Assembly: GCA_049322255.1 (NCBI GenBank)
Contig: JBMORE010000163.1
Span: 44,523-64,522 of the forward strand
Length of the DNA: 20,000 nt
Direction: 5' to 3'
Origin: Myxococcota bacterium
Lineage (GTDB): Bacteria; Myxococcota; Myxococcia; Myxococcales; Myxococcaceae
The notes beneath the pieces were generated by a model that saw only the letters and a list, made by a program, of their open reading frames with translations, made no database searches and was not told where the DNA came from. Below, piece after piece: positions 1 to 8,419 of the stretch. Each line of letters opens with the position of its first letter. The stretch's first letter is position 1. A program made the translations under genes and the position numbers.

Positions 1-1
1 C

Positions 2-142
2 GCCAGACCAGTGGTGCTCGCTCCGATGGAGTCCCGAACGCCAGAGGGCGAGCCAAGCTCGCTCAAGACCGAGGCGCCGGTGGCGTACCTCCCCTCGCCG
101 TTCGTGGAAGAGATTTCCCACGTCCCCAAGCGCTCGGCGTAG
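2..142 (+). CDS. 3' end of an ORF entering from the left edge (…PSPFVEEISHVPKRSA*); possibly a small leader-type protein of a metal locus
   Basis: Frame 2 is open from base 2 to TAG at 140-142 with GC-rich third positions; it ends 42 bp before the co-oriented metal-motif gene. Truncated by the window edge. Confidence 0.5.
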   Translation, partial: ARPVVLAPMESRTPEGEPSSLKTEAPVAYLPSPFVEEISHVPKRSA

Positions 143-184
143 CTGAGGGCCGGTTTCTTTCTTCCCTTCTCAAGGAGTCCGCTC

Positions 185-868
185 TTGAACTGCACCTTTC
201 CGGTGGGCCGGAGGCCCACGTCTTTCGACTTCCGTTCTGCTGTTGTGCCTGGCGCGTTGGTGCTCGTTTTCACCGCCTGCGCCACGGCTTCGAGCCCGGC
301 CCAGCACGGCCGCCTCAGCGAGCTCTCCCGCGTCGAGGGTTCCATCGTGCTCTGCGAACACCGTGTCCCAGAGGGCGTCTGTACCCGCCATCACCCGGAG
401 CTGGCGGCCCAGTTCCAGCGGGCGGGCGACTGGTGCCGCGAACATGGGATTCCCGAGTCGCAGTGCCTGGAATGCCACCCAGACCTCACCTTCGAGCCGC
501 TCCCCAAGCTTCCGGCGACGGCGGACGTGGTGTGGCTTGCACAGCAAGGCGAAGAGGTGGCCGACCTCGACGCCCACGCTGTCCAGGGCAAGGTGACTGT
601 TTTCGACTTCTACGCCGACTGGTGTGCGGCATGCCGCAAGGTGGACGGGCACGTCTTCCAGCGGCTCGCCGGCGGCGACACCACCATCGCCTACCGAAAA
701 ATCAACATCGTCTCTTGGGAGAGCCCGGTCGCCCAGCGGTACCTGCGGGAGGTGCCGTCGCTGCCGTTGCTGGTGGTCTACGGGCGCGACGGAAAAAAGG
801 TGAAGGCTCTGCACGGCGCCGACTTGGAGGCGCTGGACCGTGCCATCGCCGAAGGAGCCTCGCGATGA
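185..868 (+). CDS. Lipoprotein with tandem Cys/His heavy-metal-binding repeats fused to a thioredoxin-like domain
   Basis: AAGGAG RBS (172-177) before TTG; hydrophobic stretch with lipobox VFTA-C; repeats LCEHRVPEGVCTRHHP and WCREHGIPESQCLECHP; thioredoxin motif VFDFYADWCAAC and later VPSLP (cis-Pro position). Confidence 0.85.
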   Translation: MNCTFPVGRRPTSFDFRSAVVPGALVLVFTACATASSPAQHGRLSELSRVEGSIVLCEHRVPEGVCTRHHPELAAQFQRAGDWCREHGIPESQCLECHPDLTFEPLPKLPATADVVWLAQQGEEVADLDAHAVQGKVTVFDFYADWCAACRKVDGHVFQRLAGGDTTIAYRKINIVSWESPVAQRYLREVPSLPLLVVYGRDGKKVKALHGADLEALDRAIAEGASR

Positions 869-1905
869 AATGGGCTCCGTGGTTTCTCGGGGCTGGGCTG
901 GTGCTCCTTTTGCTCCTGCCTTCGTCCGCTGAGGCCTGCGCTGGGTGCAGCAACCCCAACCTGCCGGCGGGCCGGAGCAGCCACGCCGAGCTGGGCGCCG
1001 GCCGCGTCACCGCGACTTTTTTTGTGACCGGCACGTACATGAACGTCGTCCACAGCGACTTCTGTCCGGACATCGGCCCCATTTGTCAGCAACGTGACGA
1101 GCCTGGACAGCTCCACGACCAGACCTTCTACATTGGCGAGCTACGACCCATCCTGGACGTCGGCCTCACCGAGACATTTGGAGTGGAGGCCCAAATTCCC
1201 TTTCGCATCACCCGCACCACCATCGTCTTTCGGCGGCTGGATGGAGCGGCCTTCGTTCCCGACTACGAGCACATCCACCACCGCACCGAGACGCTGGCGG
1301 GCCCGGCGGATCCGTGGCTCTTGGCACGCGGGATATGGAGGCTCGGCTCCTGGAGCCTGACGGCCAGGTCGGGGTTGTCGCTGCCCCTGGGCAGGACCGA
1401 GCCCAACCCTTTCGCCCTGGGACGGGCGGGGCAACCTCACCAGCACATTCAGTTCGGCAACGGCACCGTCAACCCGGTGCTCGGTCTCGACGTGGCCAGG
1501 CAATGGGAGCGCGTTCGCCTGAGCGCCTATGGCCAAACGGTGCTCTTCTTCTACCAAAACCACTACGGGTACCAGGCGGGAAACCGCTACCTGGGAGGCG
1601 TGGCCGCGGAGGCCTCCCTCCTTCCCAAGCTGCGAGTGACCGTGGGGGCGGACCTGCTCAACGAGCAACCCGAACGCTGGGATGGAGCGGTGCAGCAGGA
1701 TGGCAACGTCGGCCGCACCGACCTCTTGCTGGGAGGAATGGTGGGTTACGCCTTCGACCCGGTGACGGCGCTGCTCTCGGTGAAGGCTCCGGTGTGGCAG
1801 CAGTTCATCCGGGTGGGGGAGCAGCATGACGCCGACCCCGGGCAACTCACTTACCCGGCCATCGTCCACCTCGCCGTCCAGCGCACCTGGGATGAGCTCT
1901 TCTAG
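865..1905 (+). CDS. Putative outer-membrane beta-barrel transporter with N-terminal CxxC and His-rich loops (MetA-pathway/transporter-like)
   Basis: ATG at 865 overlaps the upstream TGA (ATGA); signal peptide MKWAPWFLGAGLVLLLLLPSSAEA followed by CAGC; amphipathic strands; GPAD, LPLG and QFGNG motifs; HIHH and HQH loops; C-terminal Phe. The ORF-track start at 433 is an over-extension. Confidence 0.75.
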   Translation: MKWAPWFLGAGLVLLLLLPSSAEACAGCSNPNLPAGRSSHAELGAGRVTATFFVTGTYMNVVHSDFCPDIGPICQQRDEPGQLHDQTFYIGELRPILDVGLTETFGVEAQIPFRITRTTIVFRRLDGAAFVPDYEHIHHRTETLAGPADPWLLARGIWRLGSWSLTARSGLSLPLGRTEPNPFALGRAGQPHQHIQFGNGTVNPVLGLDVARQWERVRLSAYGQTVLFFYQNHYGYQAGNRYLGGVAAEASLLPKLRVTVGADLLNEQPERWDGAVQQDGNVGRTDLLLGGMVGYAFDPVTALLSVKAPVWQQFIRVGEQHDADPGQLTYPAIVHLAVQRTWDELF

Positions 1906-1964
1906 GAAATGAAGTCCAGCTTCATCCTAAGGCAGGTCCTATACTCGGCCCAGGGAGACAGGCG

Positions 1965-3230
1965 ATGAGCGTTATCGGTAGGTATGGAAACCGAAGCCAG
2001 GTTGCCGCACTGCTTCGTGGGGTGGATGACGCGTTGGGCAACAAGGATGGACTTCCTCGCAATGAGGCCGCGCGGGCTGGAACGGTGAAGGGCTCTGCCT
2101 TCGACCGCAATCCGCTGGCCAACAAGCTTCGTTCCGCGCTCGAGCCAGGCTGGTCCACCGCCGACGAGGAGCAGCGGCTCGATGGGTTCATCTCCGCTCA
2201 AGAGAAAATCTGGGGCCGACCTGTCACCGATTTGGCGAGCGGTTCGGTGAGCCAGTTCGATCGGCTGCGCGCGGAAAAAGCGGTGGCGCTGGTCCGCTTC
2301 GGACGAACGCCCGCAGACGTCAGCGAGGGACTCATCGAGGCCAAGGGCAAGGTCGACGGCCAGCCCATCGAGGCGAGGCAGGTGTTTTGGCAACGCTGGA
2401 AACCCATCGGGCCATTCTCGGGCAAGGTGGTGGTGCTCTCGCCGGGCTTCCTCCAGACCGGGCGAAATTTCTACGAGCAGATTCAGTTGCTGAACCGCGC
2501 GGGCCACGAGGTGGTGGTGATGGACCACCAGTGGGCCGGGCACGGCTCCGGCAAGAAGGGCGGAATCGACCGTGGCTTTGGCATCGCCCGCGACGTGGCC
2601 GCGGTGACCGCGTTCGCCCAGCAAGTGGCTGACCGCGAGCACGCCGAGAAGCCGCACGAGCTCGTCCTCCTGGGAACCAGCATGGGAGGCGGTGCCGGCG
2701 CGCTGGGCGCCATCGCGCTGAATGATGCCGGCAAAATCGAGCTCGAGGGCTCTCAGATGCCCAAGGGCCTCTCCGCGGTTCTTCAGGCGCCGTATTTCAG
2801 CCGAACGCGCAACCTGGTGAACGACGTGCTCGCAGGCGTCGGACGACTACCGGTGGCCAAAGACATCCCCCTCCCAGCGATGGGACTGCCCATTCTGACC
2901 GGCGACCAAACCACCGCGGCCAAGCTTGCAGAGCACGCGGTCATCGATGACATCACCGGCCGCGCTCAGGCTTTTCATGCCTCCGACGCCGACCTCGCTT
3001 CCATCCGCGCCCTGCTGGAGCAAGGAAAGAAGCCACAAGGCCGCTTCTTTTTCATTCATGCGGAGAACGACACACTGGCAGATGTCGAGTCTTCGCGTGC
3101 TGTCGCCGGCCTTTTCAACGAACGCGCCCATTTCCGAACGTTGCCCAGCGCGAACCACGTGTTCGAGGAAACCGCTCGCGAGCAGGAGCTGGTCCTCGAA
3201 GGAATCGAGTGGGCCACTCGACGAAATTAG
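1965..3230 (+). CDS. Alpha/beta hydrolase (lysophospholipase/Hydrolase_4-like) with N-terminal extension
   Basis: VLSPGF oxyanion region, DHQWAGHGSG, nucleophile elbow GTSMG, acid in HAENDTL, catalytic His in ANHVF; GGGAGA RBS. Confidence 0.85.
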   Translation: MSVIGRYGNRSQVAALLRGVDDALGNKDGLPRNEAARAGTVKGSAFDRNPLANKLRSALEPGWSTADEEQRLDGFISAQEKIWGRPVTDLASGSVSQFDRLRAEKAVALVRFGRTPADVSEGLIEAKGKVDGQPIEARQVFWQRWKPIGPFSGKVVVLSPGFLQTGRNFYEQIQLLNRAGHEVVVMDHQWAGHGSGKKGGIDRGFGIARDVAAVTAFAQQVADREHAEKPHELVLLGTSMGGGAGALGAIALNDAGKIELEGSQMPKGLSAVLQAPYFSRTRNLVNDVLAGVGRLPVAKDIPLPAMGLPILTGDQTTAAKLAEHAVIDDITGRAQAFHASDADLASIRALLEQGKKPQGRFFFIHAENDTLADVESSRAVAGLFNERAHFRTLPSANHVFEETAREQELVLEGIEWATRRN

Positions 3231-3235
3231 GCGCA

Positions 3236-3649
3236 TCAGGCTGGCTTAAGCCAGCCCTCCTTGGAGAGGAGCTCCCGGGTCTCTTCGATAAAAGTCCGCG
3301 CGTCTGCGACCTCACCGCTGGCGTCCTCAGGGGAGAAGGTCACTGCCGCATCATAATCCGCCAGCTCGCGCGCCCTCTGGAGACCAGCCAAGAGCCGGTT
3401 ATGAGAAGAGGGAACGAGCTTGGGCCGAACAAACTCCGTGTTGAACAGATGAATGGCGCCGGCGTGGGAGCGTGGCTCAACGCCTCGAGATACCAGGAGC
3501 GCACGTAAGAAATGGAAAGCAGCGTAGTAGGCGCGCGACACCGCATCGGAGCAGAGCCCCATGCCCAACAGGGCTTCGGCCGCTCGAAAGGACTGCTCGC
3601 CGCGGACCACTGCATCTTGGATGTTCTGGCGGCGGTTGACCTCTGTCAC
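3236..3649 (-). CDS. HEPN domain protein (partner of MNT)
   Basis: AVSRAYYAAFH, PRSHAG and RELADY motifs typical of MNT-associated HEPN proteins; GTG start overlaps the MNT stop (GTGA). Confidence 0.9.
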   Translation of the reverse strand: MTEVNRRQNIQDAVVRGEQSFRAAEALLGMGLCSDAVSRAYYAAFHFLRALLVSRGVEPRSHAGAIHLFNTEFVRPKLVPSSHNRLLAGLQRARELADYDAAVTFSPEDASGEVADARTFIEETRELLSKEGWLKPA

Positions 3650-3975
3650 AGTGGCACCCCCTCCCTGTCAATTTCCTGCGCGATGAGCCTCTCTCGGCTC
3701 CGCAGGTCGTCCATGTGCTTCGTGCTCACGGCAAAAGGAGATACGAGCACGTCGTAGCGGGTGAGCAAGTCGCCTGCAAAATAGGCGACTTTGCGCGCCT
3801 CGTTCCCGACGAGGTCGTCGACGACCACCAGGACATCGATGTCTGAATCTTCGTCGCCCTGCCCACGAGCCCGGGAGCCAAAGAGACGCAGCTCCCGGAG
3901 CCTGGAGCCAAAGACGAGCTTCAGATGCTTCTTGAGCTCTGCTAGGGCCGCGCTTTCGGATTCCAGAAGCTGCAT
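3646..3975 (-). CDS. Minimal nucleotidyltransferase (MNT)
   Basis: LFGSRARG-x5-SDIDVLVV (GS-x10-DxD) and C-terminal IDREGVPL; 109 aa; translationally coupled to HEPN. Confidence 0.92.
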   Translation of the reverse strand: MQLLESESAALAELKKHLKLVFGSRLRELRLFGSRARGQGDEDSDIDVLVVVDDLVGNEARKVAYFAGDLLTRYDVLVSPFAVSTKHMDDLRSRERLIAQEIDREGVPL

Positions 3976-4064
3976 ACGTGCTTTGGTAGCAGAACCCCTC
4001 GAACAGGCCCAAGTAATTCTCGGTAGAGCACCTCACCCTTGGAGCTCGAAGGGGACGAGCTCTT

Positions 4065-4889
4065 CTAGGAAAGGAAGCCCAGCCCCAGCCCCAGATAGGT
4101 CTCGTTCGCCCGACGCAGCTGCCCCACGGGAGAGGGCCCATAGTGCCCGCGTAAATGCAGCCGCACGGTGCTCTGAAGCCAACGCAGCGAAAACCCCGCG
4201 GTGCCGATGGCAGTGCCCCGGCCCTGGGTGTCGAGCCGGCCCTCGAAACCGAAAACGGGGAGCAGAAGCCCCAACGGCAGCTCGCGCGATGGCTCGAATT
4301 CGAAGCCGGCGCGCGCCACCGCCTGTTCCACCTGCGGGGAGCGGTGGAAGTTGAAGTCGCCTCCGGCATACGCCCGGGCGCCCAAGGAGAAGACGTGCGC
4401 CACCAGCAGCTCCACCCCGTCGCGCAGGATTTTTCGGGGAAAGGACTCGAAGCGGGCGATGAAGTCGTCGCCCAGGTGGGAGCTGACGTGCAAAAGCGTC
4501 AGCCTTCCTCGCCAGCGTCCCCGCGCCGCTGACACGGGCAGGCCCACCCGGAAGTCGGCGTTGATGAGCTCGCGCTGCGTCGATTCCAGATAGAAGCGGG
4601 CGAACACTCCCACCTCGAAACCCAGCTCGAGCGAAGGGCCTTCCTCCTCGGAGAAGAAGCGCACCACCGGAATCTGCCGGCCGATGGCGACGTCGGCCTC
4701 GAAGTGGGTGCTCCCGAAGTCGCGTGCCAAGTCACGGCGGGTGACCAGGAGCGAGCCGTCAAGGCTCACCTCGCGCGGCGGATTGAGCAGCGGAAAAAAG
4801 AGAAAGTCGGCCGGGAGCACTTCGACGGCGGCGAAGCCGCACGCAGGGAAGACGCAGACGAGCGCCGCCATCGCCCATCTTTCGCGCAC
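4065..4889 (-). CDS. DUF1207-like exported/outer-membrane protein
   Basis: GGAGGG RBS then GTG at 4889 (alternative ATG 4871); signal-like N-terminus; LINADFRVG and HVSSHLGDDF motifs recalled for DUF1207; ends in amphipathic YLGLGLGFLS. Confidence 0.7.
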   Translation of the reverse strand: MRERWAMAALVCVFPACGFAAVEVLPADFLFFPLLNPPREVSLDGSLLVTRRDLARDFGSTHFEADVAIGRQIPVVRFFSEEEGPSLELGFEVGVFARFYLESTQRELINADFRVGLPVSAARGRWRGRLTLLHVSSHLGDDFIARFESFPRKILRDGVELLVAHVFSLGARAYAGGDFNFHRSPQVEQAVARAGFEFEPSRELPLGLLLPVFGFEGRLDTQGRGTAIGTAGFSLRWLQSTVRLHLRGHYGPSPVGQLRRANETYLGLGLGFLS

Positions 4890-4948
4890 CACAAGCCCTC
4901 CGTCAGCGGGAGAGTCGTCACGGCGTGCGCGGGGTGCAATGCGCGCTT

Positions 4949-6346
4949 TTACGGAAGCGTCCAGGTGACGACGGCGCGGTGAGAGCGGTCGTCTTGCGAG
5001 TCGGCGAATGCCTCGATGCGCTCGCTGTGGGCGAGCAGCGCTCCCAGCTCGGTGCCGGCGGCGAACAGGCCCGCCAGCTCCTGCGAGCCCACCACGTCGA
5101 GCAGGCTGATCTGCGCCAAGCCCTTGGCCACTGCCTTGGGGTCGACGAGGAGCTCGGCCCCGTGAGGCATTTTTCCGGAGGCTCCGTTCACCGCGGCCAA
5201 GGCGGCGCTCACCGTGGCGGCGTCGTTTCCTAAGTACAAGTGAGGCCCTGCCAGGCCCACGCGTACCTCGCCTCCCTTCAGGGTGAGCAAGAAGCCGTCG
5301 CCCGTCGCCTTGGCGTTCTTCCAGCTCGAGAGTGCCGCGAGCGCCTTCTTCGCCTCCTCCGGCTGGCTCACTTCGGCAAGGTAGACGTGGCGCACCGCGA
5401 AGTAGCGCGCGGCCGGAGAGCGCAACGACTCGCGCACTTTTACCGAGTCGGCCCACAGCAACACGTTGCCGGTGAGCAGTGGGGTGAGGTCGGAGGTGAC
5501 GGCCAAGAGCGCTTCGGGTTCACAGACAGGACAGAGGGCTGCCAGCTGTCCGCGCAAAGTGGACGTCACCGCAGAGACACCCGAGCGAGCGACGCGCGCC
5601 CGCATCAGCGCGAGCCCCGAAGGAGGGACGTTGGCGTATGGGCTGGGACCAGATCCCTCGAGCGCTGGCGCCGGAAAGCGACCGCGCACGTCGGCGGTGA
5701 GGCTCTTGGCGCTCCCGCGGGCTCCCACCACTCCCCGAGGGCTCACCCAGTAGGCCGCGTCGTTCGTCGTGGCGACCTTCTTCCAGATGCCGCCGGTCGA
5801 GGGCTGGGCGACGAGCTTGGCGGCGTCCTCGAGCAGGCCATCGATGGAGGTACCGCCTCCGTGGACGGCGCACACCTCTTTGCCTTTGAGCGCGTAGCCT
5901 GCCACCGGCTGGTCGAGCTGGGTGGCCGCGGTGAGCGCGACGCCGTTCTTGGCCTTGCTCGTACGCTTTGGGCCCAAAGGAGCGAGCTTCGCGGCCAGCT
6001 TCTCCTGATGGCGCTTCACATCGGCGAGGGTGAGGCAGATGACGCGGGCGGGGCCCACCACGCTCCAGGTGGCGCTCCCTTTCGGATCGACTCCCAGCTC
6101 GGCCAGCGAGGCCGGGTCGGTGAGGTCGAGCCACAAGAGGGGATGAAGCTCCGGGCGCCAGCCTTCGGGTCGAAAAAGGCTCGCCTTCTCACCCGCCGCG
6201 CGCAGAAAAGCGGCCAGCCCGTCCGCCTTGTTCAGCTGCGGCACATAGAGGGTGGTGCTCGCCTTCGGGTGGGCACGGGGGGCGGGTCTGGGGGACGCCG
6301 ACGGCGGCGAAGCGGCCAGCACGGCGGCGACGACCAGGGGCAGCAT
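4949..6346 (-). CDS. Secreted hypothetical protein (465 aa)
   Basis: ATG at 6346, 2 bp after the upstream stop; signal peptide MLPLVVAAVLAA, Pro-rich linker, strong coding bias; includes CPVC. Family not recognised with confidence. Confidence 0.75.
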   Translation of the reverse strand: MLPLVVAAVLAASPPSASPRPAPRAHPKASTTLYVPQLNKADGLAAFLRAAGEKASLFRPEGWRPELHPLLWLDLTDPASLAELGVDPKGSATWSVVGPARVICLTLADVKRHQEKLAAKLAPLGPKRTSKAKNGVALTAATQLDQPVAGYALKGKEVCAVHGGGTSIDGLLEDAAKLVAQPSTGGIWKKVATTNDAAYWVSPRGVVGARGSAKSLTADVRGRFPAPALEGSGPSPYANVPPSGLALMRARVARSGVSAVTSTLRGQLAALCPVCEPEALLAVTSDLTPLLTGNVLLWADSVKVRESLRSPAARYFAVRHVYLAEVSQPEEAKKALAALSSWKNAKATGDGFLLTLKGGEVRVGLAGPHLYLGNDAATVSAALAAVNGASGKMPHGAELLVDPKAVAKGLAQISLLDVVGSQELAGLFAAGTELGALLAHSERIEAFADSQDDRSHRAVVTWTLP

Positions 6347-6348
6347 GT

Positions 6349-6693
6349 TCAAATCGAAACGTCGGTGGGGGCGGCTGCTTGGCGGAGCGCTTCTTGTTTC
6401 TCCACCGCCCGTTTGCGGATCGCCCGCTGCATGTAGCCGTAGCCGACGAGCAAGGCGGCCGCGAGGGGAGAGGTGGCGGCGATGATGGCCCACACCGGCT
6501 GCCTGAACATGAATTCGGCGCTGGCGCGAAACAGCGCGGTCATCCACTCGCCTTTGAGCACCGCCGCGAAGAGGACGGCGCCCACCAGCGCAGAGACGAG
6601 CGTCGCCACCAAGAGCATCACCGCCGCCCGGCGCCGCGCGTGGCCCAGGCTCTTGGCGGGGGAATAGGTCTTCACCTCGAGGTCGTGATCCAT
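6349..6693 (-). CDS. Small two-TM membrane protein
   Basis: 114 aa with two hydrophobic helices (AVMLLVATLVSALVGAVLFAAVL; VWAIIAATSPLAAALLVGYGY); first gene of a tight minus-strand operon. Confidence 0.75.
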   Translation of the reverse strand: MDHDLEVKTYSPAKSLGHARRRAAVMLLVATLVSALVGAVLFAAVLKGEWMTALFRASAEFMFRQPVWAIIAATSPLAAALLVGYGYMQRAIRKRAVEKQEALRQAAAPTDVSI

Positions 6694-6870
6694 ACGCGCG
6701 AAGGACTGTTAGCAGCGTCGCCGGGTGTCGACAAGCCGACCGCGCGGGCTCTCCTTGGGGCCGGTCTTCAAAATCGTCCGGCGCCGAAAATTCGGCCTCG
6801 CATGCGATCTACCCACAAGGTATGGTGCGTGCGCGTTGGGCATACCCAACCAATGGGAGGATCTAGAAGA

Positions 6871-7374
6871 ATGACTGCATTCAAGGCACGGAAGCTGAAG
6901 AAGGGGTGGTTCGAGATCGTGGGCCTCGAGGCCTTCCTCGAGGCGAAGCTCAAGAAGCTCAAGTGGGCGCTGGGCAAGCCGGCGACCAAGGCCAAATGGA
7001 CCAAGGCGAAGAAGGTGGCGAAGAAGGCGCCCGCGCGCCCGGTCTCCAAGGAGGTCACGCCACTGGTCCGCTTGACCACGGCGATGAACAAGCACAGCCG
7101 GCGCAGCGAGCTGATTCGGGCGGGCAAGGAGAAGGACCAACTCCTTCGTTCGCTGGTGCCCCTGTACGTGGCCCGTTCGCTGAGCCACATCGAGGTCAAC
7201 TCCGGGCTCATCTCGCGCTTCTGGGCGAAGTACGGGGTGAAGTATGCGCCGCCGAACGCGGCCAAGGCGCTGCGCCAGCACGTGGGCTACGCGCGCAACA
7301 CCAAGGCCGGCAAGGCCATCACCCCCAACGGCATCAAGTACGTGGAGGCCGCGCTGCAGCGGAAGGCGGCATAG
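6871..7374 (+). CDS. Highly basic Lys/Arg/Ala-rich protein, probable DNA-binding (C-terminal winged-helix-like)
   Basis: GGAGG at 6856-6860, ATG 6871; very strong GC3 bias; KATKAKWTKAKKVAKKAP-type linker; ends in ITPNGIKYVE, like the wing/terminal helix of wHTH domains; followed by a terminator. Confidence 0.75.
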   Translation: MTAFKARKLKKGWFEIVGLEAFLEAKLKKLKWALGKPATKAKWTKAKKVAKKAPARPVSKEVTPLVRLTTAMNKHSRRSELIRAGKEKDQLLRSLVPLYVARSLSHIEVNSGLISRFWAKYGVKYAPPNAAKALRQHVGYARNTKAGKAITPNGIKYVEAALQRKAA

Positions 7375-7398
7375 GTGCACTCCCCGAGGTAATTGGAC

Positions 7399-7430
7399 AA
7401 GGCGGTGGGGCGAGTGCTCCGCCGCCTTTT
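7399..7430 (+). terminator. Rho-independent terminator
   Basis: AAGGCGGTGGGGC-GAGT-GCTCCGCCGCCTTTT: GC-rich hairpin plus T-tract 25 bp after the stop at 7374. Confidence 0.8.
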
Positions 7431-7948
7431 CTATTCTTGAGCCCCCAGACGTCTCAACGCGCAGCGTGGTGGGTGGTCGGCTTGCCGGTTGTGGCCTGAG
7501 CCAAACGACCGATCGTGATTCTCGAAGGAGGTCACGCGGCCTTCTTTCGAGGTTGTAGCCGAGCGGCGGCGACGTGGCCACGCGCGGCCTTGCGGGGTCT
7601 TCCGCAGCACACAGCGCAAGGTGTCGAGGTAGCTCGCGGTCACCTTCGACTTTCCATTCCCTGCGCGCACGTCAAGCAGCCCCGCCGCGCCCCCCGCGAG
7701 GTAGCGGGCCTTCGCCCTCGATGCGGTGGACACAGCGCAGCCCAGACCGCGGAAGCGCATCGCGGTGTCTGCATCGCCCACCTTCTTTCCGAGCGCTCAG
7801 CTTCGACGTGCAGCCTGTTCAGCACCGAGGCAGCCGATAATTCAGCGCGGCAACAGCCTGTCTTCTCGCACGCGCAGTTCGCGCCGCCCGGTCTCGGTTG
7901 GACTTGCCGGATCGTCTCGCGTATAGGGCCGGTAAAACCGAGGAAAAC

Positions 7949-8419
7949 ATGCGCCTACTTGCCGTCACGATCGCCGGGATCTTCCTGAGCACCGCCTGCA
8001 TCGATCGCGTCGCCATTCGCCCCGACCAGCTCAACGTCGTGAGCGGGATGGGGTCACCGACCACTGTCGGCTCAACCCACACGTCTACAGGCACAGTGAC
8101 GGTGGTCGCCGTTCCTACCGCGACGGTCGTGAAGGCCGACGGCACGCTGACCACCATTCAATCTCCGTACGACGCGATCATCACCGACACTCAGGGGGTC
8201 GAGCTCGCGTTCGACCACCCGGTGCTCGCCAAGCTCTCGGGGAGCGACCTTTCATTGGCCGGCTCGAACCGCGCCGAGACGCACCTCGACCTGTCGAACG
8301 TGAAGACCGTGGAAGTCACCCAGGTCAACTTCTGGAAGACCTGGGGTCTCACGATGGGGGTCAGTCTTGGCCTCCCTGCGATCGTGTTGGGCGTGGTGCT
8401 CGCCAGCAACGCACGTTAG
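7949..8419 (+). CDS. Lipoprotein with C-terminal transmembrane helix
   Basis: GAGGA RBS, ATG 7949; lipobox LSTA-C; Thr/Val-rich beta region; C-terminal hydrophobic WGLTMGVSLGLPAIVLGVVLA. Its stop overlaps the convergent EBP stop (8416-8419). Confidence 0.8.
   Translation: MRLLAVTIAGIFLSTACIDRVAIRPDQLNVVSGMGSPTTVGSTHTSTGTVTVVAVPTATVVKADGTLTTIQSPYDAIITDTQGVELAFDHPVLAKLSGSDLSLAGSNRAETHLDLSNVKTVEVTQVNFWKTWGLTMGVSLGLPAIVLGVVLASNAR

Noticed and set aside
433..864. N-terminal extension of the 490-aa ORF
   Set aside because: It overlaps the thioredoxin gene in another frame and is Arg/Gly-rich noise; the signal peptide starts at ATG 865.
4042..4062. Inverted repeat GAGCTCG-N7-CGAGCTC after the DUF1207-like gene
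   Set aside because: Short stem with no T-tract on the coding strand; not called as a terminator.
6379..6870. N-terminal extension of the 331-aa ORF
   Set aside because: Overlaps the antisense membrane-protein gene; RBS and codon bias support a start at 6871.
7431..7850. Possible 116-aa ORF or decayed gene (…YLDTLRCVLRKTPQG…)
   Set aside because: No clear RBS, family motif or consistent coding bias; may be a pseudogene remnant but cannot be supported without a search.
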